DNA of 64,000 nucleotides from a virus (Duplodnaviria; Heunggongvirae; Uroviricota; Caudoviricetes): IMG/VR virus record IMGVR_UViG_3300042544_001887; one strand, 5' to 3'. Shown piece by piece: positions 19,401 to 27,351 of this stretch (position 1 is its first letter; each line of letters starts with the position of its first letter). The notes under the pieces were generated by a model. It saw only the letters and a program-made list of their open reading frames with translations, ran no database searches and was not told where the DNA came from. The position numbers and the translations under genes were made by a program.

Positions 19401-19535
19401 AATATAATCAAAAAGAAAATTATAACAACCGACGACATTGATAATATATCTGTTCTAGTAGGATATGACAAGTATTTGTTTGGCATAAAACCATATATCG
19501 AACTTAAAGGCGTTGTATACCAACCTACTACTTGA
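16476..19535 (+). CDS. large multi-KOW-repeat protein with C-terminal sigma70 region 1.1-like domain
   Basis: about 7 repeats of GDxVxVxxGxxKGKTGKI (KOW motif); C-terminal LKKLISQGKEKGFITYNQLNDVVPSDKVTSEEIEDIMDMLNELGINLV aligns with RpoD N-terminus; N-terminal region has weak R/STS/ExE ART-like residues. Confidence 0.6.
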   Translation: MRLRNLFEVQVQPGERRGFSLRLKRLEDLQVKIAEIQNTISELGNVSVPENLKKQMEDLIDAAKIEKEKIYAEVSDAEVKNPRIQGIPGSVMKLLRGIEKNASTIMNAYRKTGKYLYRGIKSSEDALYGKPFDIRKAKDSNVDLSNALNQSLADQGFNARRDNTTFTSGSYNQASNYGTVYIIFPRDGFSFHYSKKIRDLVLDTGKIDMLLDPEITGYIESAIRSNWSNLKNYFSYKFSGDKFFTGYEYQKDLDGLQRAVADGVLPQEFAKYKTFYDLVDPAKVIANFQYNQTDLDSAITSEHEVMITGPYYAVKTESFQDYIDKYIKMTANGEFDVTPDNKKEKTTLNQKIQSIVGGSAPEFAIGDWVQHKYEGFKGEVVDYYHTNDFVQIKDYAGKLKLVNKKNIDKIKTPEMPDYQPGDKVYLRTKDTEWEYYNNKKYKVVDSDKFTVTVQKGSYDTTITLPKLLTEPAPKFDTKDPSVGDTVHVTKGDFENMYGTITYVSSYSKDIDVDFGDSDSHTVQKGSYEVIDPATKPADANSIASKFKEGDYVRISDDGFDYSGLVAVINKPGLSKSRVYPFGEKSYALSIKNSRLKAIDEDEFKKQSFSITDQVVVSGGKHDGKSGKLNYVSFDGTMEIVVSSGNTIEVPGKYVFNQNVNGSPENNENKETIKKGDFVKISDDSDLFPGSVAKVVVKNSGEKSTILVNNDNNLDYIIDTKYLTKIDENEFNNKKLSTGDEVNVTDGYYKGKTGKIKSFGTDGPVRVDITSPSTGDTFTIKVLPQYLEKINQSSDDLIDLMDLEFEPMDEPTDFKNNETKKFKVGDSVKVINGKHKGKTGKINYLYTYTKEAYVDFDGEYHDIELKDLELDKEESKTDSNFNKDELKKLISQGKEKGFITYNQLNDVVPSDKVTSEEIEDIMDMLNELGINLVDAEKDSAPSGETPQELQARINDPDTKAFLKQAFADPDVKELVSNIIKKKIITTDDIDNISVLVGYDKYLFGIKPYIELKGVVYQPTT

Positions 19536-19561
19536 CATCTTTGATAAAAAGTGTATACTAC
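19532..19561 (+). promoter_or_regulatory. sigma70-like promoter
   Basis: TTGACA-N18-TGtATACTA. Confidence 0.45.
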
Positions 19562-20462
19562 AAACACTATGAATCAAAAATTACAAGATCATTTAATCGG
19601 GTCACTTGTTGGCCTTGCCGTCGGTGATGCAGTAGGCACTACTGTTGAATTTAAACCGCGTGGCTCATTTCCTAAGATTGTTGACATGATCGGCGGCGGC
19701 CCTTTTAGATTGCCAGTAGGGTATTGGACAGATGATACATCTATGGCATTGTGCCTAGCAGAAAGTCTTATAGCATATCCACTGCTTGATAAAAAAGATT
19801 TGTTAACTCGTTTTTGTAACTGGTATAAGAATGGACATAATTCTTCTACCGGTCGTTGCTTTGACATTGGTAATACAACTGTCTCTGCACTAGAAGAATT
19901 TATTCACAGTGGTCAAACGAATAACAATCCTGAAGACTTTTATGCAGGTAATGGATCTATTATGCGATTGTCTCCTGTGGCAATTGCAAATTATAAAGAC
20001 TTACACAAAGCAATTAAAATTGCACGTGAACAAAGTGAAACAACTCATGAAACTATTAAAGCAACTGCTTCTTGTGAGTTGCTTGCAGAAATTTTAGTTA
20101 GAGCATACACTGCTGAAACTAAACAGCAAGTAATGGATATTGAATGTCCGTTACATTGGCCCGAACCTGTTTGCGATATTGTTGCATCTAGCGTTGTTAA
20201 AAAAACTGAAGCAGAAATTAAGTCTTCGGGTTACGTTATTGACACATTAGAAGCAGCCGTCTGGGCATTTTTAAATACAGACAACTTTGAGGATGCAGTT
20301 TTAATAGCAGTTAATCTTGGACACGATGCTGATACAGTCGGTGCTGTAACAGGACAAATTGCCGGAGCATACTATGGAGAAACCGGAATTCCTAAACATT
20401 GGCTAGAAAAGCTTTATAACCATGAACACATCAGAAACCTTGCAATCAAACTTTCCGAATAA
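19551..20462 (+). CDS. ADP-ribosylglycohydrolase (ARH/DraG family)
   Basis: N-terminal GSLVGLAVGDAVGTTVEF signature, 303 aa. Confidence 0.8.
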   Translation: MYTTNTMNQKLQDHLIGSLVGLAVGDAVGTTVEFKPRGSFPKIVDMIGGGPFRLPVGYWTDDTSMALCLAESLIAYPLLDKKDLLTRFCNWYKNGHNSSTGRCFDIGNTTVSALEEFIHSGQTNNNPEDFYAGNGSIMRLSPVAIANYKDLHKAIKIAREQSETTHETIKATASCELLAEILVRAYTAETKQQVMDIECPLHWPEPVCDIVASSVVKKTEAEIKSSGYVIDTLEAAVWAFLNTDNFEDAVLIAVNLGHDADTVGAVTGQIAGAYYGETGIPKHWLEKLYNHEHIRNLAIKLSE

Positions 20463-20943
20463 AGTAGTAGTTTTCTTAGACCTCGACGGTCCTATCATTG
20501 ATCTTAAAACTTACAAGACCAACCCGATTGTGTCTTATTATAGAACTGGTGGAAATTCAAAGGCTATCGAAAATCTTGTAAAGTTGTGCGACGAGTTTGG
20601 TCTTGAAATCGTCACTAATTCTATGCACAACTATTACCAGTTAGGAGATGATACTCTTCAGGACGATTTAGTATCCTGGGGTATTCCTGTAGATCTTTTT
20701 CACAGTGACTGGAGAACTATTTTTCCTAAAGTTAATTACAAGGAAATAAAAAGCACTGTTCGGGGAATTGGTAGACTTTACGCTATTGAACAATGGATCA
20801 AAGAACATCCTGGGTATAACTGGATTTGTTTTGATGATCGAAAGTTTACAGAAGATCCGAGACTGATACATATTTCTAGAGAAAACGGAATCGACCAAGG
20901 ATATTACGAGCAGGCAAGAAAAATTCTAAAAACACTTGCTTGA
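20422..20943 (+). CDS. HAD-family phosphatase (polynucleotide 3'-phosphatase-like)
   Basis: motif I FLDLDGP, ICFDDRKF; adjacent to kinase and RNA ligase. Confidence 0.55.
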   Translation: MNTSETLQSNFPNKVVVFLDLDGPIIDLKTYKTNPIVSYYRTGGNSKAIENLVKLCDEFGLEIVTNSMHNYYQLGDDTLQDDLVSWGIPVDLFHSDWRTIFPKVNYKEIKSTVRGIGRLYAIEQWIKEHPGYNWICFDDRKFTEDPRLIHISRENGIDQGYYEQARKILKTLA

Positions 20944-20968
20944 CAGCAGTGTCGATTCCTGTTACTTT
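20940..20968 (+). promoter_or_regulatory. possible sigma70 promoter
   Basis: TTGACA-N17-TGtTACTTT. Confidence 0.35.
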
Positions 20969-20989
20969 GTTGCAAACATGGAGATCTAA

Positions 20990-21523
20990 ATGAGCGAACC
21001 CGTCTGCACTGTAATGGTTGGCTTGCCTGCTATGGGCAAGTCCACTCTTGTTAAAGGCATGTGGAAAGATGAAAGCACTTTCATCTACAGCACTGACGAT
21101 CTTCTTGAGGCCGCTGCTAAAGAACTTGGCAGCACTTACAATGAAGTGTTTGAAACGCTAATCAAGTCAGTTACTGAGGCAGCAAACGGATCTCTCGATG
21201 TTGCCGTCAAGAACCGTCAAGACATCATCTGGGATCAAACCAACTTGGGTGCAGGCAAGCGTCGTAAAATTATTAATCGTATGCGTCAGGCAGGTTATCA
21301 AGTTCGTTGTGTTTGTATCGTTCCTCCTGAAGCAGGACACATCAGTAATCTCAAGGACTGGAAGTATCGTTTGGCTAACCGCCCTGGTAAAACTATTCCA
21401 GATGAGGTGTTGACAAACATGTATCGTTCGTTTACACTGCCTACAGTAGAGGAAGGGTTTGATATGATTACCTTCTATAACATGCACGGTGCCCTGTTGG
21501 GTGTTGACTATGGAGAAGAATAA
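20990..21523 (+). CDS. polynucleotide kinase-like P-loop kinase
   Basis: Walker A GLPAMGKST; 177 aa; synteny with Rnl1. Confidence 0.55.
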   Translation: MSEPVCTVMVGLPAMGKSTLVKGMWKDESTFIYSTDDLLEAAAKELGSTYNEVFETLIKSVTEAANGSLDVAVKNRQDIIWDQTNLGAGKRRKIINRMRQAGYQVRCVCIVPPEAGHISNLKDWKYRLANRPGKTIPDEVLTNMYRSFTLPTVEEGFDMITFYNMHGALLGVDYGEE

Positions 21524-22680
21524 TGCACTACCGTTTTCCTGAGATCCGTCACATTAGTGATGTGCTTCCGCACATCGAAGGTCGTGAGGAATTTGTTGTA
21601 GCAGAGCGTGAAGGCTACACTGTGATCAACTACGTGGTTGCAATGGCCGACACCTTTGACATGACTGGAGCAGATGACTTGGGCGGTGCAATCCGTCGTG
21701 AATGTCGTGGCTTGATTTTTGACCGTGATGGTAACATCATGAGCCGTCCGTTTCACAAGTTCTTCAACATCAACGAGCGTGAAGAAACTCAAGCACATCG
21801 GTTGGATCTCAGTGTTTTGTTTGACCATGTGATCATGGAAAAGATGGATGGTTCGATGATCCGTCCTATCTTAGTCGATGGACACTTGCGTCTTGCTACC
21901 AAGATGGGTGTAACTGAAGTGGCCATGCAGGCCGAAACTTGGCTAGCTGCTCAGGACCCTATGTTGAAGAAGTGGATGGCTATCATGATGGCACAGGGTA
22001 TTACTCCGATCTTCGAGTGGGTAAGCCCGTTCAATCAGATTGTGTTGGCGTATGAAACCGCTGATCTTGTGCTATTGGCACTGCGTAACAACATCACTGG
22101 CGAATACCTTGATGTCGGCGATCCAAAAGACGACAAACTGTGGACTGTGGTTCCGCAGTATGGTTCAGTAGAAGGCAACCTTGGTGACTATATTGCTCGT
22201 CAGCGTGGTGCAGAAGGTCGCGAAGGTGACATCATTCGCTTTGCGGATGGGCATATGGTCAAGGTCAAGAACGACTGGTATGTGCGTATTCACAAGACTG
22301 TGGATCGCATCGTGTTCGACCGTAACATTGTTGCTCTTATCCTCAACGAGGAAGTGGACGACGTGTTGCCGATGTTGCCGCAGGTTCAAGCAGATCGTGT
22401 TCGTGTATTCGAGCGTCGATTCGCCGAACGGCTTCACGCTGTGGTTGAAAACTACGAACGCTACTGGAACACTGTAGTAGCATCGGGTCTTGACCGCAAG
22501 CGTTATGCTCAAGAGTGGATGCCTACTATTAAGGGCAACGATCCGTTTGCTACTAACTACGTGTTTGGTCGCTTTGCTGGTCGAGATGGTCGTCAAATGA
22601 TTCTTGATCATATCGAAAAGAGCATCACTACCAACGTTCGTTGGGATGAATGTGCAGCGTGGATGGGGATGGGTCCGTGA
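21523..22680 (+). CDS. rnlA: RNA ligase 1 (T4 RnlA-like)
   Basis: ECRGLIFDRDG...FHKFFNINE and KxDG nucleotidyltransferase motif IMEKMDGS match T4 Rnl1. Confidence 0.85.
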   Translation: MHYRFPEIRHISDVLPHIEGREEFVVAEREGYTVINYVVAMADTFDMTGADDLGGAIRRECRGLIFDRDGNIMSRPFHKFFNINEREETQAHRLDLSVLFDHVIMEKMDGSMIRPILVDGHLRLATKMGVTEVAMQAETWLAAQDPMLKKWMAIMMAQGITPIFEWVSPFNQIVLAYETADLVLLALRNNITGEYLDVGDPKDDKLWTVVPQYGSVEGNLGDYIARQRGAEGREGDIIRFADGHMVKVKNDWYVRIHKTVDRIVFDRNIVALILNEEVDDVLPMLPQVQADRVRVFERRFAERLHAVVENYERYWNTVVASGLDRKRYAQEWMPTIKGNDPFATNYVFGRFAGRDGRQMILDHIEKSITTNVRWDECAAWMGMGP

Positions 22681-22919
22681 CCGATCCCCTCTTTTCTATC
22701 TGTAAACGTCTTCCTACAGACTACAGTGATTATGGCGGAGAGATCAAGCGTTGGGACTACGAAGGCGTAGACTATCCTGACTGTAGTTGTGGTTGTCGCT
22801 GGTTTTTGCCACTTGAAGGCGACTTAGGTTCTGACTGGGGTGTTTGCAGTAAATTAGATGGCCCAAGAGCAGGATTGCTAACTTTTGAACATCAAGCAGG
22901 AAAGGGCTGCTTTGAATAA
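22677..22919 (+). CDS. Cys-rich hypothetical protein
   Basis: GTG start overlapping rnlA stop; CSCGCRW motif. Confidence 0.3.
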   Translation: MTDPLFSICKRLPTDYSDYGGEIKRWDYEGVDYPDCSCGCRWFLPLEGDLGSDWGVCSKLDGPRAGLLTFEHQAGKGCFE

Positions 22920-23079
22920 CTATTATGAACTTTGACGAATGGTTTGAACAACACCGAGACATTTTAGCAGGTCTGCTACGCAATGATCAACTAGAAGCAC
23001 TATGGATTGCGTGGTATGCTGGCTACCAAAAAGGTCTTGACGACAGAATTAAAATTGATAAAGAATTTTGGACACTAAA

Positions 23080-23442
23080 ATGAAATACTGGTCACTGTTT
23101 TTAGACGACATTCGGTTTCCGGAAGATGTAAAATTCTTCTATGGCCCCTATGAGAATCTGCGTATTTGCCGCAGCATGGATGATGCTGTGTGGGCAGTCA
23201 AGCAGTATGGTTTGCCTACATTTATTAGTTTCGACCATGACCTTGCTGACGTTCACTACATCATCGGCGATGGCGAAAAGACTGGCTACACCTTTGCTAA
23301 ATGGTTCTGTGATTATGTGATGGATAACGATTTGATTTTGCCTGTGGGCTTTGGATATCATGTTCACAGCATGAATCCAGTTGGTGCTGTGAACATTAGA
23401 ACTTACATGGAAAACTTTTTAAAGGCATATGACCGTGACTAA
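23080..23442 (+). CDS. hypothetical protein
   Basis: 120 aa. Confidence 0.45.
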   Translation: MKYWSLFLDDIRFPEDVKFFYGPYENLRICRSMDDAVWAVKQYGLPTFISFDHDLADVHYIIGDGEKTGYTFAKWFCDYVMDNDLILPVGFGYHVHSMNPVGAVNIRTYMENFLKAYDRD

Positions 23443-23662
23443 TGAAGAACGCTGGGCCAAACTGCTCGAACCTTGTAAGTGTGAACCACGATACACTATT
23501 GAACCGCACGGTACGGGTTATGCGTTGTATCACGGTCGTTGCGTTCACCGTCACGGATACAATTTGGTTTATTTGAATGAACCTGCTGCTAACTGTGATC
23601 TAAAACACATTGAACGCTTGCTTAATGTAGGCGATGCATTTGTCAAGGAAGGCTTGTTATGA
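23429..23662 (+). CDS. hypothetical protein
   Basis: 77 aa. Confidence 0.4.
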   Translation: MTVTNEERWAKLLEPCKCEPRYTIEPHGTGYALYHGRCVHRHGYNLVYLNEPAANCDLKHIERLLNVGDAFVKEGLL

Positions 23663-24099
23663 ACTACGCAGAAAATCCAATTACAGATTTAGCAGACTGC
23701 ATCGCTCACGCTCAGTATGTGGGCTTCTCAGACATTGAATACGAACGAATGGACTACGATGCTGTTCGCAATGCTAGAACCGCCGAAGAAAAGCGAGCAA
23801 GCATGAGTGCTACAGTAAAAGCACTTCGTCGTCCAACTACACGAGACTTTGGGGTCTATGCAATGTTTCCGCAAACTTGGGGCAGCACTGCTCTAGGACA
23901 CGGCGGAATGGGCGGAGCAGCCATGACTAAAGCATATACTGTTGTGTTGGAATGTTATGCCACGCAGGAGTTTTTGGTTTACTTTGGCAGTGAGTTCTGT
24001 TATAAAGTAGATAGACGCAGCAAGAATCTTGATGTGTTTATCGAAGACTGTCGTAACCACTGCTTGGCAAGCAAACGAGATAGCGAGAAATATCAATGA
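23659..24099 (+). CDS. hypothetical protein
   Basis: 146 aa. Confidence 0.45.
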   Translation: MNYAENPITDLADCIAHAQYVGFSDIEYERMDYDAVRNARTAEEKRASMSATVKALRRPTTRDFGVYAMFPQTWGSTALGHGGMGGAAMTKAYTVVLECYATQEFLVYFGSEFCYKVDRRSKNLDVFIEDCRNHCLASKRDSEKYQ

Positions 24100-24461
24100 T
24101 CGACTTTGAGAATCTAAATTTTGGTGATCGAATATATGTCGTTTCTGAAAGAAACAATGCGTTTACCAAAAAGAAAATTGAAAAGACAGACGAAAACGGA
24201 ATCACTTGGTTTCGTTATGACAGAGATCACTGGGAGTATTCAATCAGCGAAATTGTATACTGCGGTAAAGTAACATATGTAGAAGAAGGCGAAGTTCGTT
24301 TTAGCGAAGACCGTTTAACTGAATATCACTTTCTGTATCCAGATGGTCAAATCTATCACGAAAATGAACCTGGATACAACGATGATTTTGATGACTGGTT
24401 TCTTACCAAAGAAGAAGCAGAAGCATACATAGACTTTAAAAAACAAACAAAAAATTCTTAA
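24096..24461 (+). CDS. hypothetical protein
   Basis: 121 aa. Confidence 0.45.
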   Translation: MIDFENLNFGDRIYVVSERNNAFTKKKIEKTDENGITWFRYDRDHWEYSISEIVYCGKVTYVEEGEVRFSEDRLTEYHFLYPDGQIYHENEPGYNDDFDDWFLTKEEAEAYIDFKKQTKNS

Positions 24462-24958
24462 GGCAAGTTAGGAAAGTAAAGGCTATATACGACACAGTTT
24501 AGCCGTGAGGTCACCTTGAGCCCGCAATGCGGTCGGATCTGGTGGTGTTCCTGGCGTGGTTCTTGCACGCCTTGTAGTCCGTTATCGTGGCTCCTTGACC
24601 GGAGCGAATGAGTAGGCTCTCCTGACACTTGGATCCTACAGACGACGAGACAGTTGGTCATATTATTGTCTCGTGAGTCCGCGTTGTAATTAAGCACAAA
24701 ATAAAAAGGTACAGCACAACCGCCTTTCCCTTACCAAGTAGGTTTTTGAATATGACTGTGATGAAAGAACTCAGATAGAGTCTTTTTTGCCTTAGCCTGT
24801 AAGAAGGCTAAGTGTGAATCCAAATCTAGATAGAATCTCTCATAAAAAACAATATGTTAAGTATTGAATGAGACAAGTGTCGAAATGAAAAACTTAACTG
24901 ATCAACGTTAGTTGATCACACTACGATAATTCAAAATAGATTTAAGGTGAATTATGAC

Positions 24959-24987
24959 TTGACAGAACACCGGTTGAGTTGTATGTT
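24959..24987 (+). promoter_or_regulatory. sigma70-like promoter
   Basis: TTGACA-N17-TGtATGTT. Confidence 0.45.
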
Positions 24988-25008
24988 GAACTATAGAGGA
25001 GAAGATTT

Positions 25009-25254
25009 ATGATCAATAAAGAACCTAAGCAATACCTTTGGGTCAAGCAGGGCCGTGCTCCGATTTTTGTTACAGATTTAGTAGCACTATACAAGGATCA
25101 CGATTTTGATCCTGCTGAGGATAAGATTTACGAAATTGGTCCAGAAGTTAAACTGGAACTGAATGTCAAAGTAACACCTGCTAAGCCTGTGTATCGTGAT
25201 AACACTACTGATAGTGTCACAGGCTATCGTGTGCCTTTTGAAAATAGGGACTAA
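25009..25254 (+). CDS. hypothetical protein
   Basis: GAGGAGAAG RBS. Confidence 0.5.
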   Translation: MINKEPKQYLWVKQGRAPIFVTDLVALYKDHDFDPAEDKIYEIGPEVKLELNVKVTPAKPVYRDNTTDSVTGYRVPFENRD

Positions 25255-25256
25255 CA

Positions 25257-25607
25257 ATGTCCTGTAAAGTATTTCTGTTCGACGACAATAACTGGCTCTA
25301 CTGTAGTGATGTAACTTTTGAAGATGGTGTATATCACGGTTGGGTAGAAAACGGTGCTTGGCATCTGATGTATGACACCAAACTGGAAGGATGGTTTGCT
25401 TGTGAGAGTAGAGCCGCAGCAAACAGTCTTGTAGCAGTTACCAAAGGTTATAAAAAACTCGTTTGGGCTTGTGATCCTGGAAAAGGTGGTGATTATAACA
25501 CTGTTATTGCGGACGCACAAGAACGCTATGCTGCGGGCGAACCTGCCGACTTTGAACTCAAACCCAAACCTGTGCGTAAAGATAAAGAAGATGAGGTGGC
25601 ATTCTAA
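25257..25607 (+). CDS. hypothetical protein
   Basis: 116 aa. Confidence 0.45.
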   Translation: MSCKVFLFDDNNWLYCSDVTFEDGVYHGWVENGAWHLMYDTKLEGWFACESRAAANSLVAVTKGYKKLVWACDPGKGGDYNTVIADAQERYAAGEPADFELKPKPVRKDKEDEVAF

Positions 25608-25984
25608 TGGGAATCAATGTTCACGTGTATAGTTATTGGGGTGTTCGCACTGAGTGGAACCGAGAGTTCTACGATGCTTATGAGGCTGTAGAAGAAGCCA
25701 ACATCGATACCTATGGCTACAACAAAGAACCCGCAGACGCTCAAGCACACGTTCTCATGGACGGTATGAGCGGTGAGTATATGGTGTTTGGAGAACGTCT
25801 GTATGACTCCGGTGACAGCCGTTGGGGCGAAATGGTCAATTCAAACGAAGTCGACATCAGTCATAATGTGCTGGATCAAATGCGTTGGGACTATATGTCA
25901 AAGTTTAAACGACTGTATCCTGAACACTTTGAATGGCTTAACTCAAAGCCATGGCGTTTGGTAAATTTGGTACACTACTCGTGA
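25607..25984 (+). CDS. hypothetical protein
   Basis: 125 aa. Confidence 0.45.
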   Translation: MGINVHVYSYWGVRTEWNREFYDAYEAVEEANIDTYGYNKEPADAQAHVLMDGMSGEYMVFGERLYDSGDSRWGEMVNSNEVDISHNVLDQMRWDYMSKFKRLYPEHFEWLNSKPWRLVNLVHYS

Positions 25985-26301
25985 CACGCTACGTTGAATA
26001 CTACGAAGTAAAAACACGTGGCGGGTATGAATACTATTTTATGCCTGTTGATGCAGATGCTAAAAACAAAGAAAACCTTGATATTCACTGTCACAGGATT
26101 TGGAAGTTCGACACTAAGACTAATCGTATTCAAGAAATACGCAATATTCGAGAGCACAAGCCTCAAGTAAATCGTGCAGAGTTTATGAAAATACAACTAA
26201 TGGCAAAACCTGTGCCATATAATGAATACTACCTTAGATTAGAAGAAGTGAAACGACGTCGTGAACAGCGTGAAGCCGAAAAATCCTCTACTGAGGATTA
26301 A
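25951..26301 (+). CDS. hypothetical protein
   Basis: 116 aa, start uncertain. Confidence 0.35.
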   Translation: MAFGKFGTLLVTRYVEYYEVKTRGGYEYYFMPVDADAKNKENLDIHCHRIWKFDTKTNRIQEIRNIREHKPQVNRAEFMKIQLMAKPVPYNEYYLRLEEVKRRREQREAEKSSTED

Positions 26302-26692
26302 GTATAGATTCCTTGAGTGGCGTTGGGACAAGGTTCTTAAGAAAAGTGGTCACACTCACTGGGAAAGTTATCTGCGTTATAACGATCCTGACTTCGATAT
26401 CCGCGGCCGCACAGTAAAAGATCAATTTTGTGGTTACCCTTACGTAGTAATAGTCAACTACAAACATTTAGAAGCTAGAGTTGATGCTATGTGGGGAGAA
26501 ATATGGAACGGCAGCACGGTAGAGGATTGGTGTAAACAATATTGTAAGGGCAAGTATCGTTGGCATTGGGAGCGTGTTATTATGGATCACAACGGACAAT
26601 ATCTACCCAATGGTATCGGCGACACAGACGAACTGTTCTTTGGATTTAAAGACGAAAGAGATTATACAATGTTTTTGTTGAGGTGGAGTTAA
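26261..26692 (+). CDS. hypothetical protein
   Basis: 143 aa, start uncertain. Confidence 0.4.
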   Translation: MNSVKPKNPLLRIKYRFLEWRWDKVLKKSGHTHWESYLRYNDPDFDIRGRTVKDQFCGYPYVVIVNYKHLEARVDAMWGEIWNGSTVEDWCKQYCKGKYRWHWERVIMDHNGQYLPNGIGDTDELFFGFKDERDYTMFLLRWS

Positions 26693-27351
26693 TGGTAAGT
26701 TGGGCAGATGATTATGTAGATAATATTCTTGACAACTGTTGGGAAGGCAATTATACTAGCAGATACAAGAAAGAAAATCAAAAGGCAAAGAAAATGGCAC
26801 AAACTTTTCAACGAGGCGATATTGTTCGCAAAATTAACGGTAGAACACATATTGAAGTTACTGACAGCTACGGTAACTGCATCTATGGCAAGTATCTGCA
26901 CACTGGTCTAAGCACTGGTAGAATTGACACTAGAAATCTTGTAAAAGTTGATGAAGAAATTGAACAAAAAGGAAACGGATCAATGAAAGGCAAACTATTT
27001 AAAGTTAAAGCAGACGGCGTCTATGGCATCGGTCTTGCTGTAGACAGCACTGGTCAATACGTGCTGGAAATGAAAGACGGCAGCGGAGTTCGCTCTTTTG
27101 CAAAAAAAGAAGTTGAAGTTGTTATGCCTTTCACTTTTAGCGTCCAGTTTAACGGTGTTGGTACTGAATACAGCTACCTTGGCAAAGAAGGTACCGTAAA
27201 GGTTGGCGATTTGCTACTAAAGCAAGACGGCACAAAAGGTATTACTATTGCTAAGGTTACTGCTGTTAACACTAAGAGCGACAAGGCTACTAAGTATTTT
27301 GACGGCGTTAAGATCGTAACTGAAAGCATTGATAATGAGGTTATCGAGTAA
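26683..27351 (+). CDS. hypothetical protein
   Basis: 222 aa. Confidence 0.45.
   Translation: MELMVSWADDYVDNILDNCWEGNYTSRYKKENQKAKKMAQTFQRGDIVRKINGRTHIEVTDSYGNCIYGKYLHTGLSTGRIDTRNLVKVDEEIEQKGNGSMKGKLFKVKADGVYGIGLAVDSTGQYVLEMKDGSGVRSFAKKEVEVVMPFTFSVQFNGVGTEYSYLGKEGTVKVGDLLLKQDGTKGITIAKVTAVNTKSDKATKYFDGVKIVTESIDNEVIE

Noticed and set aside
24790-24813. Perfect hairpin cttagcc-tgtaagaa-ggctaag as terminator
   Set aside because: The T-run lies 5' of the stem on the plus strand and an A-run would be 3' on the minus strand, so it does not fit an intrinsic terminator on either strand.
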